Below are positions 19,975 through 29,780 of a DNA stretch of 64,000 nt, piece by piece. How positions within the stretch are numbered: position 1 is the first letter of the stretch; every line of letters starts with the position of its first letter. The stretch comes from Gammaproteobacteria bacterium (GTDB lineage Bacteria; Pseudomonadota; Gammaproteobacteria; UBA4575): assembly GCA_965220875.1 (NCBI GenBank), contig OZ244849.1, positions 585,791 to 649,790 on the forward strand, in the 5' to 3' direction. The notes beneath the pieces were generated by a model that was given only the letters and a program-made list of their open reading frames with translations, did not search any database and was not told the DNA's origin. A program made the translations under genes and the position numbers.

Positions 19975-21348
19975 CTAGACGAACGTGGCGCTCACCTGGA
20001 AGAGCTTTTCCGCTTCCTTGATCCCGCCCTTGTCGGCCAGGAACACGATCACGTGGTCCTCGGACTCGATCACCAGGTCCTCGTCGGCCAGGATCATCTC
20101 GCCGCCGCGCGCGATGGCGCCGATGGTGGCCCCTTTCGGCAGGTCGATCTCCCCGATCCTGCGCCCGACCACCTTCGAGGTGTGCTTGTCGCCGTGGGCG
20201 ATGGCCTCGATGGCCTCCGCAGCCCCCCGGCGCAGCGAGTGCACCGCCACCACGTCGCCCTTGCGCACGTGCGCCAGCAGCGTGCCGAGCGTGATGTGAT
20301 GTGGCGAGATCGCCACGTCGATGTCGTGGCTTTCCACCAGGTCCACGTAGCTCGGGCGGTTGATCAGCGTCATGACCTTTTTCGCCCCCCGGCGCTTGGC
20401 CAGCATGGCCGACAGGATGTTGGCCGCATCGTCGTTGGTGAGCGCGCAGAAGACGTCGGTGTCCTGGATGTTCTCCTGCAGCAGCATGTCCTCGTCGGCC
20501 GCGTCCCCCTGCAGCACGATGGCCTTGTTCAGCGATTCGGACAGGAACTTCGCGCGGGCCGGGTTGTGTTCGATGATCTTGAGCTGGTACCGGTTCTCCA
20601 GCGACACCGCCAGATGGAACCCGATGTTGCCGCCGCCGGCCAGCACGACGCGCCGGTACCGCCTGCGCGAGCGGTGCAGCTGCGTCGTCAGGTCCACCGA
20701 GTCCCGGGCCGAGGTGAGGAAGAACACCTCGTCCCCGGTGTTGAACACGGTCGTGTCCTCGGCCGGGATCGGCCGGTTGTCCCGGTACACGGCGACCACC
20801 CGGGCCTCGACCTCCGGCACCAGCTCCCAGATGTCCTTCAGCTGCTTGCCGTGCATGGTTTTTCCCGCGCGCATCACCAGCAGCTTGATCTGGCCACCGA
20901 CGAAATCCCGCACCTGCAGGGAGTTGGGGTGTTCGATCAGTTTCTGGATGGATTGCGAGATCAGGTATTCCGGGCTGATCAGCACGTCCACCGGCAGCGC
21001 CTCCTGCACGAACAGGTTGTTGTACCCGAAATAGTCCACCGCGCGCACGCGCGCGATCTTGGTGGGGGTGTGGAACAGCGAGTAGGCGACCTGGCAGGCG
21101 ACCATGTTGGTCTCGTCGCTGTCGGTCAGCGCGATCACCATGTCGGCATCCTGCGCCCCGGCATGCTCCAGCACGGTGGGATGCGAGGCCTCGCCGACCA
21201 GGGTGCGCAAATCGGCCCGCCCCTGGATCTCGCGCAAGACCCGCGGATCGTAATCCACCAGGGTGATGTCATGCGCCTCGTTCGCCAGGCTCAGCGCCAG
21301 CGAGGAGCCGACCTGGCCGGCCCCCAGAATGATTATCTTCATAGCCAC
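19975..21348 (-). CDS. trkA: Trk system NAD-binding subunit
   Basis: MKIIILGAGQVGSSLA plus a second Rossmann domain (VVLAGGGNIG). Confidence 0.9.
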   Translation of the reverse strand: MAMKIIILGAGQVGSSLALSLANEAHDITLVDYDPRVLREIQGRADLRTLVGEASHPTVLEHAGAQDADMVIALTDSDETNMVACQVAYSLFHTPTKIARVRAVDYFGYNNLFVQEALPVDVLISPEYLISQSIQKLIEHPNSLQVRDFVGGQIKLLVMRAGKTMHGKQLKDIWELVPEVEARVVAVYRDNRPIPAEDTTVFNTGDEVFFLTSARDSVDLTTQLHRSRRRYRRVVLAGGGNIGFHLAVSLENRYQLKIIEHNPARAKFLSESLNKAIVLQGDAADEDMLLQENIQDTDVFCALTNDDAANILSAMLAKRRGAKKVMTLINRPSYVDLVESHDIDVAISPHHITLGTLLAHVRKGDVVAVHSLRRGAAEAIEAIAHGDKHTSKVVGRRIGEIDLPKGATIGAIARGGEMILADEDLVIESEDHVIVFLADKGGIKEAEKLFQVSATFV

Positions 21349-21432
21349 GCCTCATCTGCCCGAACCTGCGGACAGGTGGTTTGCAGGCGGGCAAGCATAG
21401 GGGAAGTGCCGCCGCCGGGCAAGGGTTTTTCC

Positions 21433-22791
21433 TCAGGGTTCCTTGGGAGTGATCCCGAGGGCGCGCAGCTTGCGGTACAGGTGAGTGCGTTCCAGGCCCA
21501 CCCTCCTCGACAGCTTGCTGATATTGCCCTCCACCAGCCGCAGCTGGTGCAGCAGGTAGTCCCGTTCGAACGATTCGCGGGCCTCGCGCAGGGGCAGCTG
21601 GTAGAGACGTTGCCGCCAGGTCGCCTCAGGCCCTTCCTGCGGGGCGTTCTCGTCCAGGGCGGCCTCGACTTCCCTGACCGAGATTTCGTCCGAAATACCC
21701 AGGATGAGCAGCCTCTGGACCAGGTTGCCCAGTTCCCGCACGTTGCCGGGCCAGTCGTAGTGCAGCAGCAGGTTCTGCGCGGCGATGGAGAACTTCCGGT
21801 AGGGGTAGTTTTCCCGCGTGCAGTAGAGGTCGGTGAAATGGTGCAGCAGCCCGGGCACGTCCTTCAGGTGTTCACGAAGCGCCGGCACGTGGATCGGCAC
21901 GGCGTTCAGTTGGAAATACAGGGTGGCGTCGAAGCGCCCGGCCTGGACCTCGGTCTGCAGGTTGCACCGGGTCGTCACCATGATGCGCGACTCGAGACTC
22001 TGCTGCCCCTGCCCCCCGATGCGGCTGTACTGCCCGCGCTCGAGCAGCCTCGACAGGATCTTCTGGTCCTGCACGGGGATGCTGGCCACGCCGTCCACCA
22101 GTACCGTGCCGCCGCGGCACTGCTCCAGGATCCCGGGGGTCACGGCCCCGTCCGATTCGCTTCCGAACAGCTCCCGTGCCAGCCCCCTGTCACTGAAGTC
22201 GCCCTCGCTCAGGACGATGAACTCGTGCCCATGGCGTGCGCTGACGGCATGCACGTAGCGGGCGAAGGTTTTCTTGCCGGCGCCGCTTTCCCCCGCGATC
22301 AGCACGACGTTGTCATGCTGGGCCAGTTTCCGGGCCTGTTCGCGAAGGGTCCGCATCTGCACGCTCATGCCGACCGGCTCCTCGACCACGAAGCGCTTGC
22401 GGGTCTGCTGCATCCTTTCCTGGGAATGCTCGAGTGCATCGCGCACGCTCGCCAGCAGCTTGGCCGTGGTCAGGGGTTTTTCGATGAACCCGTAGGCCCC
22501 CAGGCGGGTCGCCTCGACGGCCGTCTCCACGGTGCCGTGCCCGGACATCATGACCACCGGGCAGTCTATGTCCTGGTTGCCCTGCCAGTCCTTCAGCAGG
22601 CTGATCCCGTCCTCGCCGGGCATCCAGATATCGAGCAGCACCAGGTCGGGCGGCTCGGCATGGGCATGCTGGCGTGCCGCGGCCGTGTTCTCGGCCACCT
22701 GCACCGCGTAGCCCTCGTCAACCAGGATTTCCTGCACCAGGTTGCGGATGGCGGGCTCGTCGTCGACGATCAGGATGCTTTCCCGGCTCAT
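21433..22791 (-). CDS. ntrX: NtrC-family response regulator NtrX
   Basis: REC domain (ILIVDDEP...DLVLLDIWMP), an AAA+ module with variant Walker A GESGAGKK and a degenerate GAFTGA, and a C-terminal HTH. Paired with ntrY. Confidence 0.8.
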   Translation of the reverse strand: MSRESILIVDDEPAIRNLVQEILVDEGYAVQVAENTAAARQHAHAEPPDLVLLDIWMPGEDGISLLKDWQGNQDIDCPVVMMSGHGTVETAVEATRLGAYGFIEKPLTTAKLLASVRDALEHSQERMQQTRKRFVVEEPVGMSVQMRTLREQARKLAQHDNVVLIAGESGAGKKTFARYVHAVSARHGHEFIVLSEGDFSDRGLARELFGSESDGAVTPGILEQCRGGTVLVDGVASIPVQDQKILSRLLERGQYSRIGGQGQQSLESRIMVTTRCNLQTEVQAGRFDATLYFQLNAVPIHVPALREHLKDVPGLLHHFTDLYCTRENYPYRKFSIAAQNLLLHYDWPGNVRELGNLVQRLLILGISDEISVREVEAALDENAPQEGPEATWRQRLYQLPLREARESFERDYLLHQLRLVEGNISKLSRRVGLERTHLYRKLRALGITPKEP

Positions 22792-24998
22792 GCGCGCGTC
22801 TCCTCACCCGGGCTGGCTTCCCGTGAGTCGATGACCGGCAGGCGGATGCGGATGCGTGCCCCGCGGGCCGGCGCATTCTCGGCCCGGATCGAGCCGCCGT
22901 GCTCTTCGACGATCTTCTTCACGATCGCCAGGCCCAGCCCGTTGCCCTTGACCTTGGTCGTGACGTAGGGCTCGAACAGGCGTTCCAGCAGCCGATACGG
23001 AATGCCCGGTCCGTCATCCACGACGACCAGGCTGACAAACGCCACGCCCCGGATGTCGAAACATTCCGTGATGACCTCGATGCACGCCCCCTGCTTGCGC
23101 TGCTCGTGCATGGCCTCGAGCGCGTTCTTGAGCAGGTTGTGCAGCACCTGGCGCATGCGGGTACTGTCCCCCCGGATGCGCGGTGCGCCCGCATCCAGCC
23201 GGGCCGTGATTTCAATCTGGTCGGTGTTGTCGCGGTACAGCTCGATGACTTCCGTGACCAGCCCGTTGAGGTCCAGGGGGACCGCCTCGACCTGCACGGC
23301 CCGGGCATAGTCCGCAAAGGCGTTGACCATCTCCTTCATCGATTCCACCTGCTGCACGATCGTGCGCGTGGCCCGGTCCACGATGCCTGCCTGGTCCTTG
23401 CCCAGGCCCGGCAGGATCTTGCTGCTGAGCCGCTCCGCGGACAGCTGGATGGGCGTCAGCGGGTTCTTGATCTCGTGCGCCAGGCGCCGTGCGACCTCGC
23501 CCCAGGCCGAATCCCGCTGGGCGCGGATCAACTCGGTCACGTCCTCGAACACCAGCACATGACCCCCCGCCTGCCCGGCATCGCCCGGCAGCATCACTCC
23601 CCTGCACATCAGGATTTCTCCCTCGTCCGCAAGCTTGATGTCCGTCTGCCAGTGACCGGCACTGCTCTGCATCAGCGGCTCGAGCTGCTCGAAAAACCGC
23701 CTCACGTTCTCGCCTCCCCCGGACAACTGCGAGAGGTTGTGGCCGACGAAGCGGTTGAGGTCCTCGTCCAGGATCTGCGAGGCCGTCGGGTTGACCGTGC
23801 GGATCACCTGGTCCGGATCCAGGCTGATCACCCCGGAGGACAGGTTTTCCAGGATGGTCTGCAGGTAGAGGCGCTGGTTGTCGATCAGGCGCTGGCTGGA
23901 CTTGGCCTCGTCGTGGGCCAGGGCCAGCTGCTCCGTCATCTGGTTGAAGGAAGCCACCAGCATGCCCAGGTCATCCTGCTGATCCACCGGAAGCTTCTTG
24001 TGGTACTGGCCGGCCGCCACGGCCTGGGTGCCCTGCGCCAAGTCCCGGATCGGTGCGGCCAGCCGGCGCGCCGAGTAAAAGGCCGCCCAGACCGCGAACA
24101 GTACCCCCAGCAGCAGCACCAGCGTCAAGATCAGGTTGAAGTTGCGCTTCAGGGGCTCGCGCAGGAAGCGCAGCTGGTTGTACTTGCTGAACCCCTCCTG
24201 CACGTTGAGCGCGAGGTTGCTGATATGCCCGGAAATCGGGTACATCACCTGCACCATGCGCGGCCCGGAACCCAGCGGGTCGGTCGGTACCGGGAACACC
24301 AGGTGCACGTGCATGCCGGACTCCCGCATCGGGTCCAGCCCCACGTAGGTCTCCCCCTGGCTGACCATGCGCATGACGGCCTCGCCCGGCAGCTGCGGCA
24401 TCACCGTGGCCCCCATTTCGCCCCCCGAGGCGATGATCTGGCTGTTCTGGTCGAACAGCACGATTTCCGCCATGTCGCTGCGGCGCATCAGGTCGTTGAT
24501 CACCAGCGGGGCGTCCTCGGCCGTGGTCTCGGACAGTTCCGCGATCATCGGCTCGGTCTCCTGCAGCAGCTTGCGCATGTGCAGGTCCAGGGACGAGCGG
24601 CTGAGGTCCACCGAGTCCTGCAGCACCTGCTCCACGTCCACGTCAAACCAGCTGTCCACGCCTTCCTGCAACAACCAGATGGAAAACGAGTACACGATCC
24701 CGACCGGCAGGATCGCCAGCAGCACGAACATGACCAGCATGCGAAGCGTCAGCCTGGAACCCGGCTTCTGGCGCACGACCTGCAGCACGAGGCGCACCAC
24801 GTTGAACACGATCAGGACCAGGAAGACGCTGAGCAGGAACAGGTTGAACGGCAGCAGCCAGTGATGCAGCCGTTCGAAGCCCGTCTCGTTGCGCGTGGCA
24901 TCGGCGATCAGCAGCAGCGAGCCCATCAGCGGCACCAGCAGCACGACCGGCCAGTAGCGAACGAAAAAATACCGGTCTACAGCGGCCATTCGTGCCAC
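22788..24998 (-). CDS. ntrY: sensor histidine kinase NtrY
   Basis: 736 aa: N-terminal TM block, HAMP, PAS, HisKA (HEIKNPL) and HATPase. 4-bp overlap with ntrX. Confidence 0.8.
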   Translation of the reverse strand: MARMAAVDRYFFVRYWPVVLLVPLMGSLLLIADATRNETGFERLHHWLLPFNLFLLSVFLVLIVFNVVRLVLQVVRQKPGSRLTLRMLVMFVLLAILPVGIVYSFSIWLLQEGVDSWFDVDVEQVLQDSVDLSRSSLDLHMRKLLQETEPMIAELSETTAEDAPLVINDLMRRSDMAEIVLFDQNSQIIASGGEMGATVMPQLPGEAVMRMVSQGETYVGLDPMRESGMHVHLVFPVPTDPLGSGPRMVQVMYPISGHISNLALNVQEGFSKYNQLRFLREPLKRNFNLILTLVLLLGVLFAVWAAFYSARRLAAPIRDLAQGTQAVAAGQYHKKLPVDQQDDLGMLVASFNQMTEQLALAHDEAKSSQRLIDNQRLYLQTILENLSSGVISLDPDQVIRTVNPTASQILDEDLNRFVGHNLSQLSGGGENVRRFFEQLEPLMQSSAGHWQTDIKLADEGEILMCRGVMLPGDAGQAGGHVLVFEDVTELIRAQRDSAWGEVARRLAHEIKNPLTPIQLSAERLSSKILPGLGKDQAGIVDRATRTIVQQVESMKEMVNAFADYARAVQVEAVPLDLNGLVTEVIELYRDNTDQIEITARLDAGAPRIRGDSTRMRQVLHNLLKNALEAMHEQRKQGACIEVITECFDIRGVAFVSLVVVDDGPGIPYRLLERLFEPYVTTKVKGNGLGLAIVKKIVEEHGGSIRAENAPARGARIRIRLPVIDSREASPGEETRA

Positions 24999-25549
24999 CC
25001 GCTCTCAAGTCTCCAGCTGGGGGAAAAGAAGCTTTCCATGCGCAGCGGCAGCGGCAGCCTGCCGACCAGCAGGCGCGAACGCAGCTGCACGACGTGTGTG
25101 CGGTCCCGGTCCAGGCTGGAGGTGCTGGCAATGTGCATGGATACGATGCGCCCCTGGTACATGAGTGCCGACTGCAGGTCCGGAAAGGCCGTCATGCTCG
25201 ATGCGTTCAGGTCTTCCAGAAGGTACTGCCCGCTGAGCGCATGGTAGCTCAGCAGATGTACCTGCCTGGAACCGGCCACCGTGCGGTCCCGGGCCCACCT
25301 ATGTACGGATTTTACACGCACTTCGAGCTCAAAGGGCATGGGAATTCCGTTTTCCAGGGCTTCCAGGACCGGCGCGCTCAGCCCGTAATGGATCTTTGCA
25401 TGCAGGCGCAGCTCGTCCTTGAGGGTGACGACCTGCACCTCGTCGATGCGGAAAGCCTTGCCGGTCGCGCCCGCCTCGAATGCGAACAGGAGGGTGCAGG
25501 CCATCATGACGGCCGACCAGGGATACAGGCTGCGGAAATACCGGCTCAT
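24977..25549 (-). CDS. DUF4390-like periplasmic protein that usually accompanies ntrY
   Basis: 190 aa starting MSRYFRSLYPWSAVMMAC (signal peptide). ATGA overlap with the fmt stop. Confidence 0.55.
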   Translation of the reverse strand: MSRYFRSLYPWSAVMMACTLLFAFEAGATGKAFRIDEVQVVTLKDELRLHAKIHYGLSAPVLEALENGIPMPFELEVRVKSVHRWARDRTVAGSRQVHLLSYHALSGQYLLEDLNASSMTAFPDLQSALMYQGRIVSMHIASTSSLDRDRTHVVQLRSRLLVGRLPLPLRMESFFSPSWRLESGWHEWPL

Positions 25550-26493
25550 CCCGGCATCCCGCTGCCGAAGCACCGCCCCTGCAGGTCATGGGCGTTGAGG
25601 AACTCGCGTGCCGGGAGGCGCCGTGCACCGGGAAGCTGCAGCGCCGTCACCCCCAGTATCCCGTCACCCGTCGCCACCTCGATGCCCGCACGGGCATCCA
25701 GGACCGTGCCCGGTGCCTGCGCGGTGTCCCCGGGCGCGACGTGCGCCTCCCACACACGCACCCGGCGTTCGCCCAGCCAGGTGTACGCCACCGGCCAGTC
25801 GTTGAACGCGCGGACCTTGCGCGCGATGAGGGATGCGCTCTCGCTCCAGTCTATGCCGGCTTCGGACTTGTCCACCTTTTTCGCGTAGGTGATCCCCCCG
25901 CTCGCCTGGGGCTCCGGCACCAGCCGGTTTTGCGCCAGCGCATCGAGCACCTCCCCGATTCTCGCGCCCGCCAGATCAGCCAGGCGTGCCTGCAGGGTCA
26001 CGGCAGTCTCCCCGGCCAGGATCTCGCACGCCTCGCGATACAGCACCGGCCCGGCGTCCAGCGCCTCGACCATCCGCATGATGCAGATCCCGGTCCGGGT
26101 ATCCCCGGCCAGGATGGCGCGCTGCACCGGGGCCGCTCCACGCCAGCGCGGCAACAGCGAGGCGTGTACATTGATGCAGCCCAGTCTCGGGATGCCGAGC
26201 GAGGCACCGGGCAGCAGCAGCCCGTAGGCATAAACCAGCATCACGTCCGCATCCAGCGCCTCGAGATCCCGGCAGGCCCGGTCGTCAAACCGCCGCGGCT
26301 GCAGGACGGGAATGCCGGCCTGTTCGGCCACCGTCTTGACCGGGCCCGGACGTACCTTGCGGCCCCGGCCCGCGGGCCGGTCGGGCTGGGTATACACGCC
26401 GATCACCCGGTGGGGGCTCTCGAGCACGGCTTGCAGGAGCGTGGCGGCTACCGCGGGCGTGCCCGCGAATGCCACCCTGAGGCCTTCAGACAC
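25546..26493 (-). CDS. fmt: methionyl-tRNA formyltransferase
   Basis: MSEGLRVAFAGTPAVAA...HASLLPRWRGAAPVQRAI. Confidence 0.95.
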   Translation of the reverse strand: MSEGLRVAFAGTPAVAATLLQAVLESPHRVIGVYTQPDRPAGRGRKVRPGPVKTVAEQAGIPVLQPRRFDDRACRDLEALDADVMLVYAYGLLLPGASLGIPRLGCINVHASLLPRWRGAAPVQRAILAGDTRTGICIMRMVEALDAGPVLYREACEILAGETAVTLQARLADLAGARIGEVLDALAQNRLVPEPQASGGITYAKKVDKSEAGIDWSESASLIARKVRAFNDWPVAYTWLGERRVRVWEAHVAPGDTAQAPGTVLDARAGIEVATGDGILGVTALQLPGARRLPAREFLNAHDLQGRCFGSGMPG

Positions 26494-26525
26494 GGTGGAT
26501 TGAAACAGCCGGGCCCGGAAGGGGG

Positions 26526-27062
26526 CTAGCCCGCATGACTGGGGCGGGATGCGGAATCGATGCGCTCGGCTTTCTGCACCTTGAGCAGCTTCTTCTCGAT
26601 GCGCTGTCGCTTGAGGGGAGACAGGTAATCGACGAACAGCTTTCCTTCGAGATGATCGATTTCATGCTGAATACAGATGGCCAGCAGGCCGTCCGCATCC
26701 AGCGTCATGGGCTGGCCTTCCAGGTCGAGGGCCTCGACCCGGATCCTTTCGGCACGCAGCACGTTCGCGAACACGCCCGGTACCGACAGGCACCCTTCCT
26801 GCCTGGACTCCTCGCCTTCCCGTTCAACGATCCTCGGGTTGATCAGGCAGCGGGGCTCGTTTCTTTCCTCCGAGACATCGATCACGGCAATCTGCTGCAG
26901 GATGTTCACCTGGGTGGCCGCCAGCCCGATGCCACGGGCGGCGTACATGGTCTCGAACATGTCCTCCACGGTGCGGCGCAGCACATCGTCCACCCCCTCG
27001 ACCGGACGGGCCTGGCGGCGCAGCCGCGGATCGGGAAAGTTCAGGATCTCAAGTAGTGCCAT
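26526..27062 (-). CDS. def: peptide deformylase
   Basis: [17 protein letters not shown] and HEIDHLEG motifs. Confidence 0.9.
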   Translation of the reverse strand: MALLEILNFPDPRLRRQARPVEGVDDVLRRTVEDMFETMYAARGIGLAATQVNILQQIAVIDVSEERNEPRCLINPRIVEREGEESRQEGCLSVPGVFANVLRAERIRVEALDLEGQPMTLDADGLLAICIQHEIDHLEGKLFVDYLSPLKRQRIEKKLLKVQKAERIDSASRPSHAG

Positions 27063-27253
27063 GGCGCTGTCATTCAACCTTTGCGGCTGTCCGGGCAGAC
27101 TTCATGCGGCCCCGCAACAGCCGGGAAAACGGGATTCCGGCTCCCTGACAGTCTAGCAAAAATAGCCCTGTGGAGACACACCGCTTGCGGGCGCAAGCCC
27201 CCGGTGCAAGGGAACAGGCAGCGCCCGGGCGCCACCTGTTCCGGCGCGGACGG

Positions 27254-28219
27254 TCAGAACTGGTACTTGAGGTTCATGCTGATGGCGAACATCTCGATGT
27301 CGTCGAGCTCGATGCGCCCGCCCACATGTTCCCGGTCACCCCCGGCGGCCTGCGCCGGGGTTCGAAGGTAGGGCGGATGCCCGCGCAGCGGGTTCCACTC
27401 CACTCCACCGTCCTTGAAGGAATCATAGTCGACCCAGCGACCCTTTACCCCCAGCATCAGCGAGTCGGTCAGTTCGTAATCCACCCCGAACAGCAACTGG
27501 TAGCCAAACAGCGTATCGTCCAGCTCCGTGTCGGCATGACTGGAGGTGCTGGCGAGGTTTTCCCTGATTTCCGTCGCGTTCGGCAGGCCTTCCCCGGTCG
27601 TGATCCTGGAGGCGTCGTCGTTTCTCGCCCACAGGCTGCCGTACTCCGCTTCGGTAAACCCGAAACCGACGCCCACGCCGATGTACGGGGTGAACTTGCC
27701 TTCGGTCTCGAAATCCATGTACACGTTCGCAAACAGGTTGTGCGAGGTGAGACTGCCGAGACGGTCAATCGTCCTCACAAGCTCCTGTTCGAGCTTGTCG
27801 CCGCTTTCCCCCGAGGCACTGTATACGTCCGCCGTGTCGTCGTACCCGGTGTCACGGTAGAAATACTCCAGCTCCAGGCGGAAGCGGGAGTCCCGCATGC
27901 GATAGCCGATCGCCGTGCCGAACAGCACCCCCTCGTCGGAACTGAAGCTGTTGTGCCAGTCACCGGTGGCCCCGCGGTTCGGGCCCGTGCAGTTGTAGCT
28001 CTCGTACCCGGCCGTGCCCTCGACTTCGGCGTAGCGGGGATTGATATAGCCGTCACACACGCTGGCCCGGTCATTGCTCTTGCCGGTCATGTCCACTTTC
28101 TCACCGAAATTCATGCCGAGCTCGCCGCTGACATAGAATCCTTCCGCCTGGACCGGCACCGCCATGCAGTACATGACCAAGACGGCCACCGCTGCGTAAA
28201 CTGAAAAATACCTGCTCAT
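27254..28219 (-). CDS. outer-membrane beta-barrel protein (paralog A)
   Basis: Signal MSRYFSVYAAVAVLVMYCMAVPVQA and mature AEGFYVSGELGMNF. Conserved Cys pair (SVCDGYINPRY...YNCTGPNRG). C-terminus MNLKYQF. SD GGGGGTGAAATC. Confidence 0.75.
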   Translation of the reverse strand: MSRYFSVYAAVAVLVMYCMAVPVQAEGFYVSGELGMNFGEKVDMTGKSNDRASVCDGYINPRYAEVEGTAGYESYNCTGPNRGATGDWHNSFSSDEGVLFGTAIGYRMRDSRFRLELEYFYRDTGYDDTADVYSASGESGDKLEQELVRTIDRLGSLTSHNLFANVYMDFETEGKFTPYIGVGVGFGFTEAEYGSLWARNDDASRITTGEGLPNATEIRENLASTSSHADTELDDTLFGYQLLFGVDYELTDSLMLGVKGRWVDYDSFKDGGVEWNPLRGHPPYLRTPAQAAGGDREHVGGRIELDDIEMFAISMNLKYQF

Positions 28220-28408
28220 GATTTCACCCCCCTGACTTGTGGCTGCAGTACCCAGCGTTACAGCCCTGCTAGCCAGCTGCCGGACAGGCATGACGCATGC
28301 CCGGTGAGAGTCGCCCCGATACTGCATGAATTGCTATACGAGCCAGTATACCCCCGCCTGATGGCACTGTATACGCACCGCCATGCCGGGCCCACTACAG
28401 CCGGATGC

Positions 28409-29368
28409 CTAGAACCGGTACTTGAGGTTCAGGCTGATCCCGAACATCTCGATGTCATCCGTTTTGATGTCGTACACCACGGTCTCGCCGCCGTCCCCAC
28501 GCAGGTTGGACGGGTGGCTGCGCAGTTGGTCCCATTCATCCTTGTCCTTGAAGGAGTCGTAGCTGACCCAGCGGCCCTTCACCCCGAGCAGCAGCGAATC
28601 GGTCAGCGTGTAGTCCACGCCGAACAGCAGCTGGTAGCCGAATAGCGTGTCTTCGAGGTCCTCGCTTTCGGTGGTGGTCGTGCCGGCCAGGTTCTGCTGG
28701 ATCTGGGCCGCGTTGGGCAGCGCCTGTCCGCCCGCCGGGGCATTGCCGGTGGTGATACGGGCCGGGTCCACGTCGCGTGCAAACACGCCGCTGTATTCCA
28801 GCTCGGTAAAGCCGAAACCGATGCCCACCCCGATGTACGGGGTGAACTTGCCGCCGGTCTCGAAATCCATGTACACGTTCGCGAACAGGTTGTGCGAGCT
28901 GACATCCCCGATGCGCTCTTCGGCCCGCACGATTTCCTGCACCAACTTGCTGAGCACCTGCCCGCCGCCCACGATGGTTTCCGAGGCCTCGTCATGGCCG
29001 GTATCGCGGTAGAAGTATTCCAGTTCGACCCGGAAGCGGGAATCCGCGATGTGGTAGCCGAGGGCCGAGCCGAACAGGACCCCCTCGTCGGAGCCGAACC
29101 GGTTCTCCCAGACGCTGTCCGAACCCCGGTTCGGACCGGTACAGTTGGTGTTCTCCCAGCCTGGCGTGTCGTTGACCGTCATGAACCGGGGGTTGATGTA
29201 CTCGTCACAGACACTGGACCGGTCGGTGTCATGCCCGTCCGTCTTCAGGGCATCGGCGAAATTCATGCCGAGCTCGCCGCTGACATAGAATCCTTCCGCC
29301 TGGACCGGGCCGGCCGTCCAGGCGATCAGTGCGGCCGCGATCACGGCCATTGGAAAATATCTGCTCAT
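28409..29368 (-). CDS. outer-membrane beta-barrel protein (paralog B)
   Basis: About 60-65% identical to paralog A by eye, with the same Cys pair and a C-terminus LNLKYRF. SD GGGAGG. Confidence 0.75.
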   Translation of the reverse strand: MSRYFPMAVIAAALIAWTAGPVQAEGFYVSGELGMNFADALKTDGHDTDRSSVCDEYINPRFMTVNDTPGWENTNCTGPNRGSDSVWENRFGSDEGVLFGSALGYHIADSRFRVELEYFYRDTGHDEASETIVGGGQVLSKLVQEIVRAEERIGDVSSHNLFANVYMDFETGGKFTPYIGVGIGFGFTELEYSGVFARDVDPARITTGNAPAGGQALPNAAQIQQNLAGTTTTESEDLEDTLFGYQLLFGVDYTLTDSLLLGVKGRWVSYDSFKDKDEWDQLRSHPSNLRGDGGETVVYDIKTDDIEMFGISLNLKYRF

Positions 29369-29780
29369 GCCTTCATACCTCCCTCGTGGTGGGCACCCTG
29401 GGGTGCGGGATTGTCACGACAGCCTCGGGCATCCGGGAGGTGAATCCTGACACCATTCCCTGCAGCGCCCCCGAAAGGAACATACCGGGCCTCGCCTGGC
29501 GAAACCCCGATACCCGTGTCCCTTGAAAACTGAACCACAGTCTGGCCAGTTCCGTGAAAATGCGTGGTTGTCCCCAGTATACTCGAGCGCCATCTACCCT
29601 GTCAGGCATGCGCAGGCGGTGCAGGCCCTGGCAGAACCGGCCACGATAAAGTTGCAAAAATTATTTACAAAAGCATCATAACGGCGTATTAGTTTGCCGC
29701 CTATATGCCTGTTCCGAACCGCCAGCAAGTGAAAACAACCCTGAACAAACGCTGCGAAGCGCATTGGCCCGGACTGTGAA

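Noticed and set aside
19879-22968. 1029-aa plus-strand ORF, and similar very long ORFs at 22899-25247 (+), 29676-31451 (-), 8828-10525 (+), 4822-5904 (+) and 18469-19386 (-)
   Set aside because: All lie antisense to, or out of frame with, well-recognised genes (trkA/ntrX, ntrY, topA, hisA/hisH, gpmI, trkH). They have Arg/Gly/Pro/His-rich low-complexity translations typical of stop-poor alternative frames in about 65% GC DNA, and no domain motifs.
24977-29368. Three different proteins (DUF4390-like and both outer-membrane paralogs) begin with MSRYF
   Set aside because: The outer-membrane paralogs share it by duplication. The DUF4390 match is five residues only and is most likely a coincidence of a common signal-peptide n-region, not a shared mobile 5' cassette. 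The nucleotide contexts differ.
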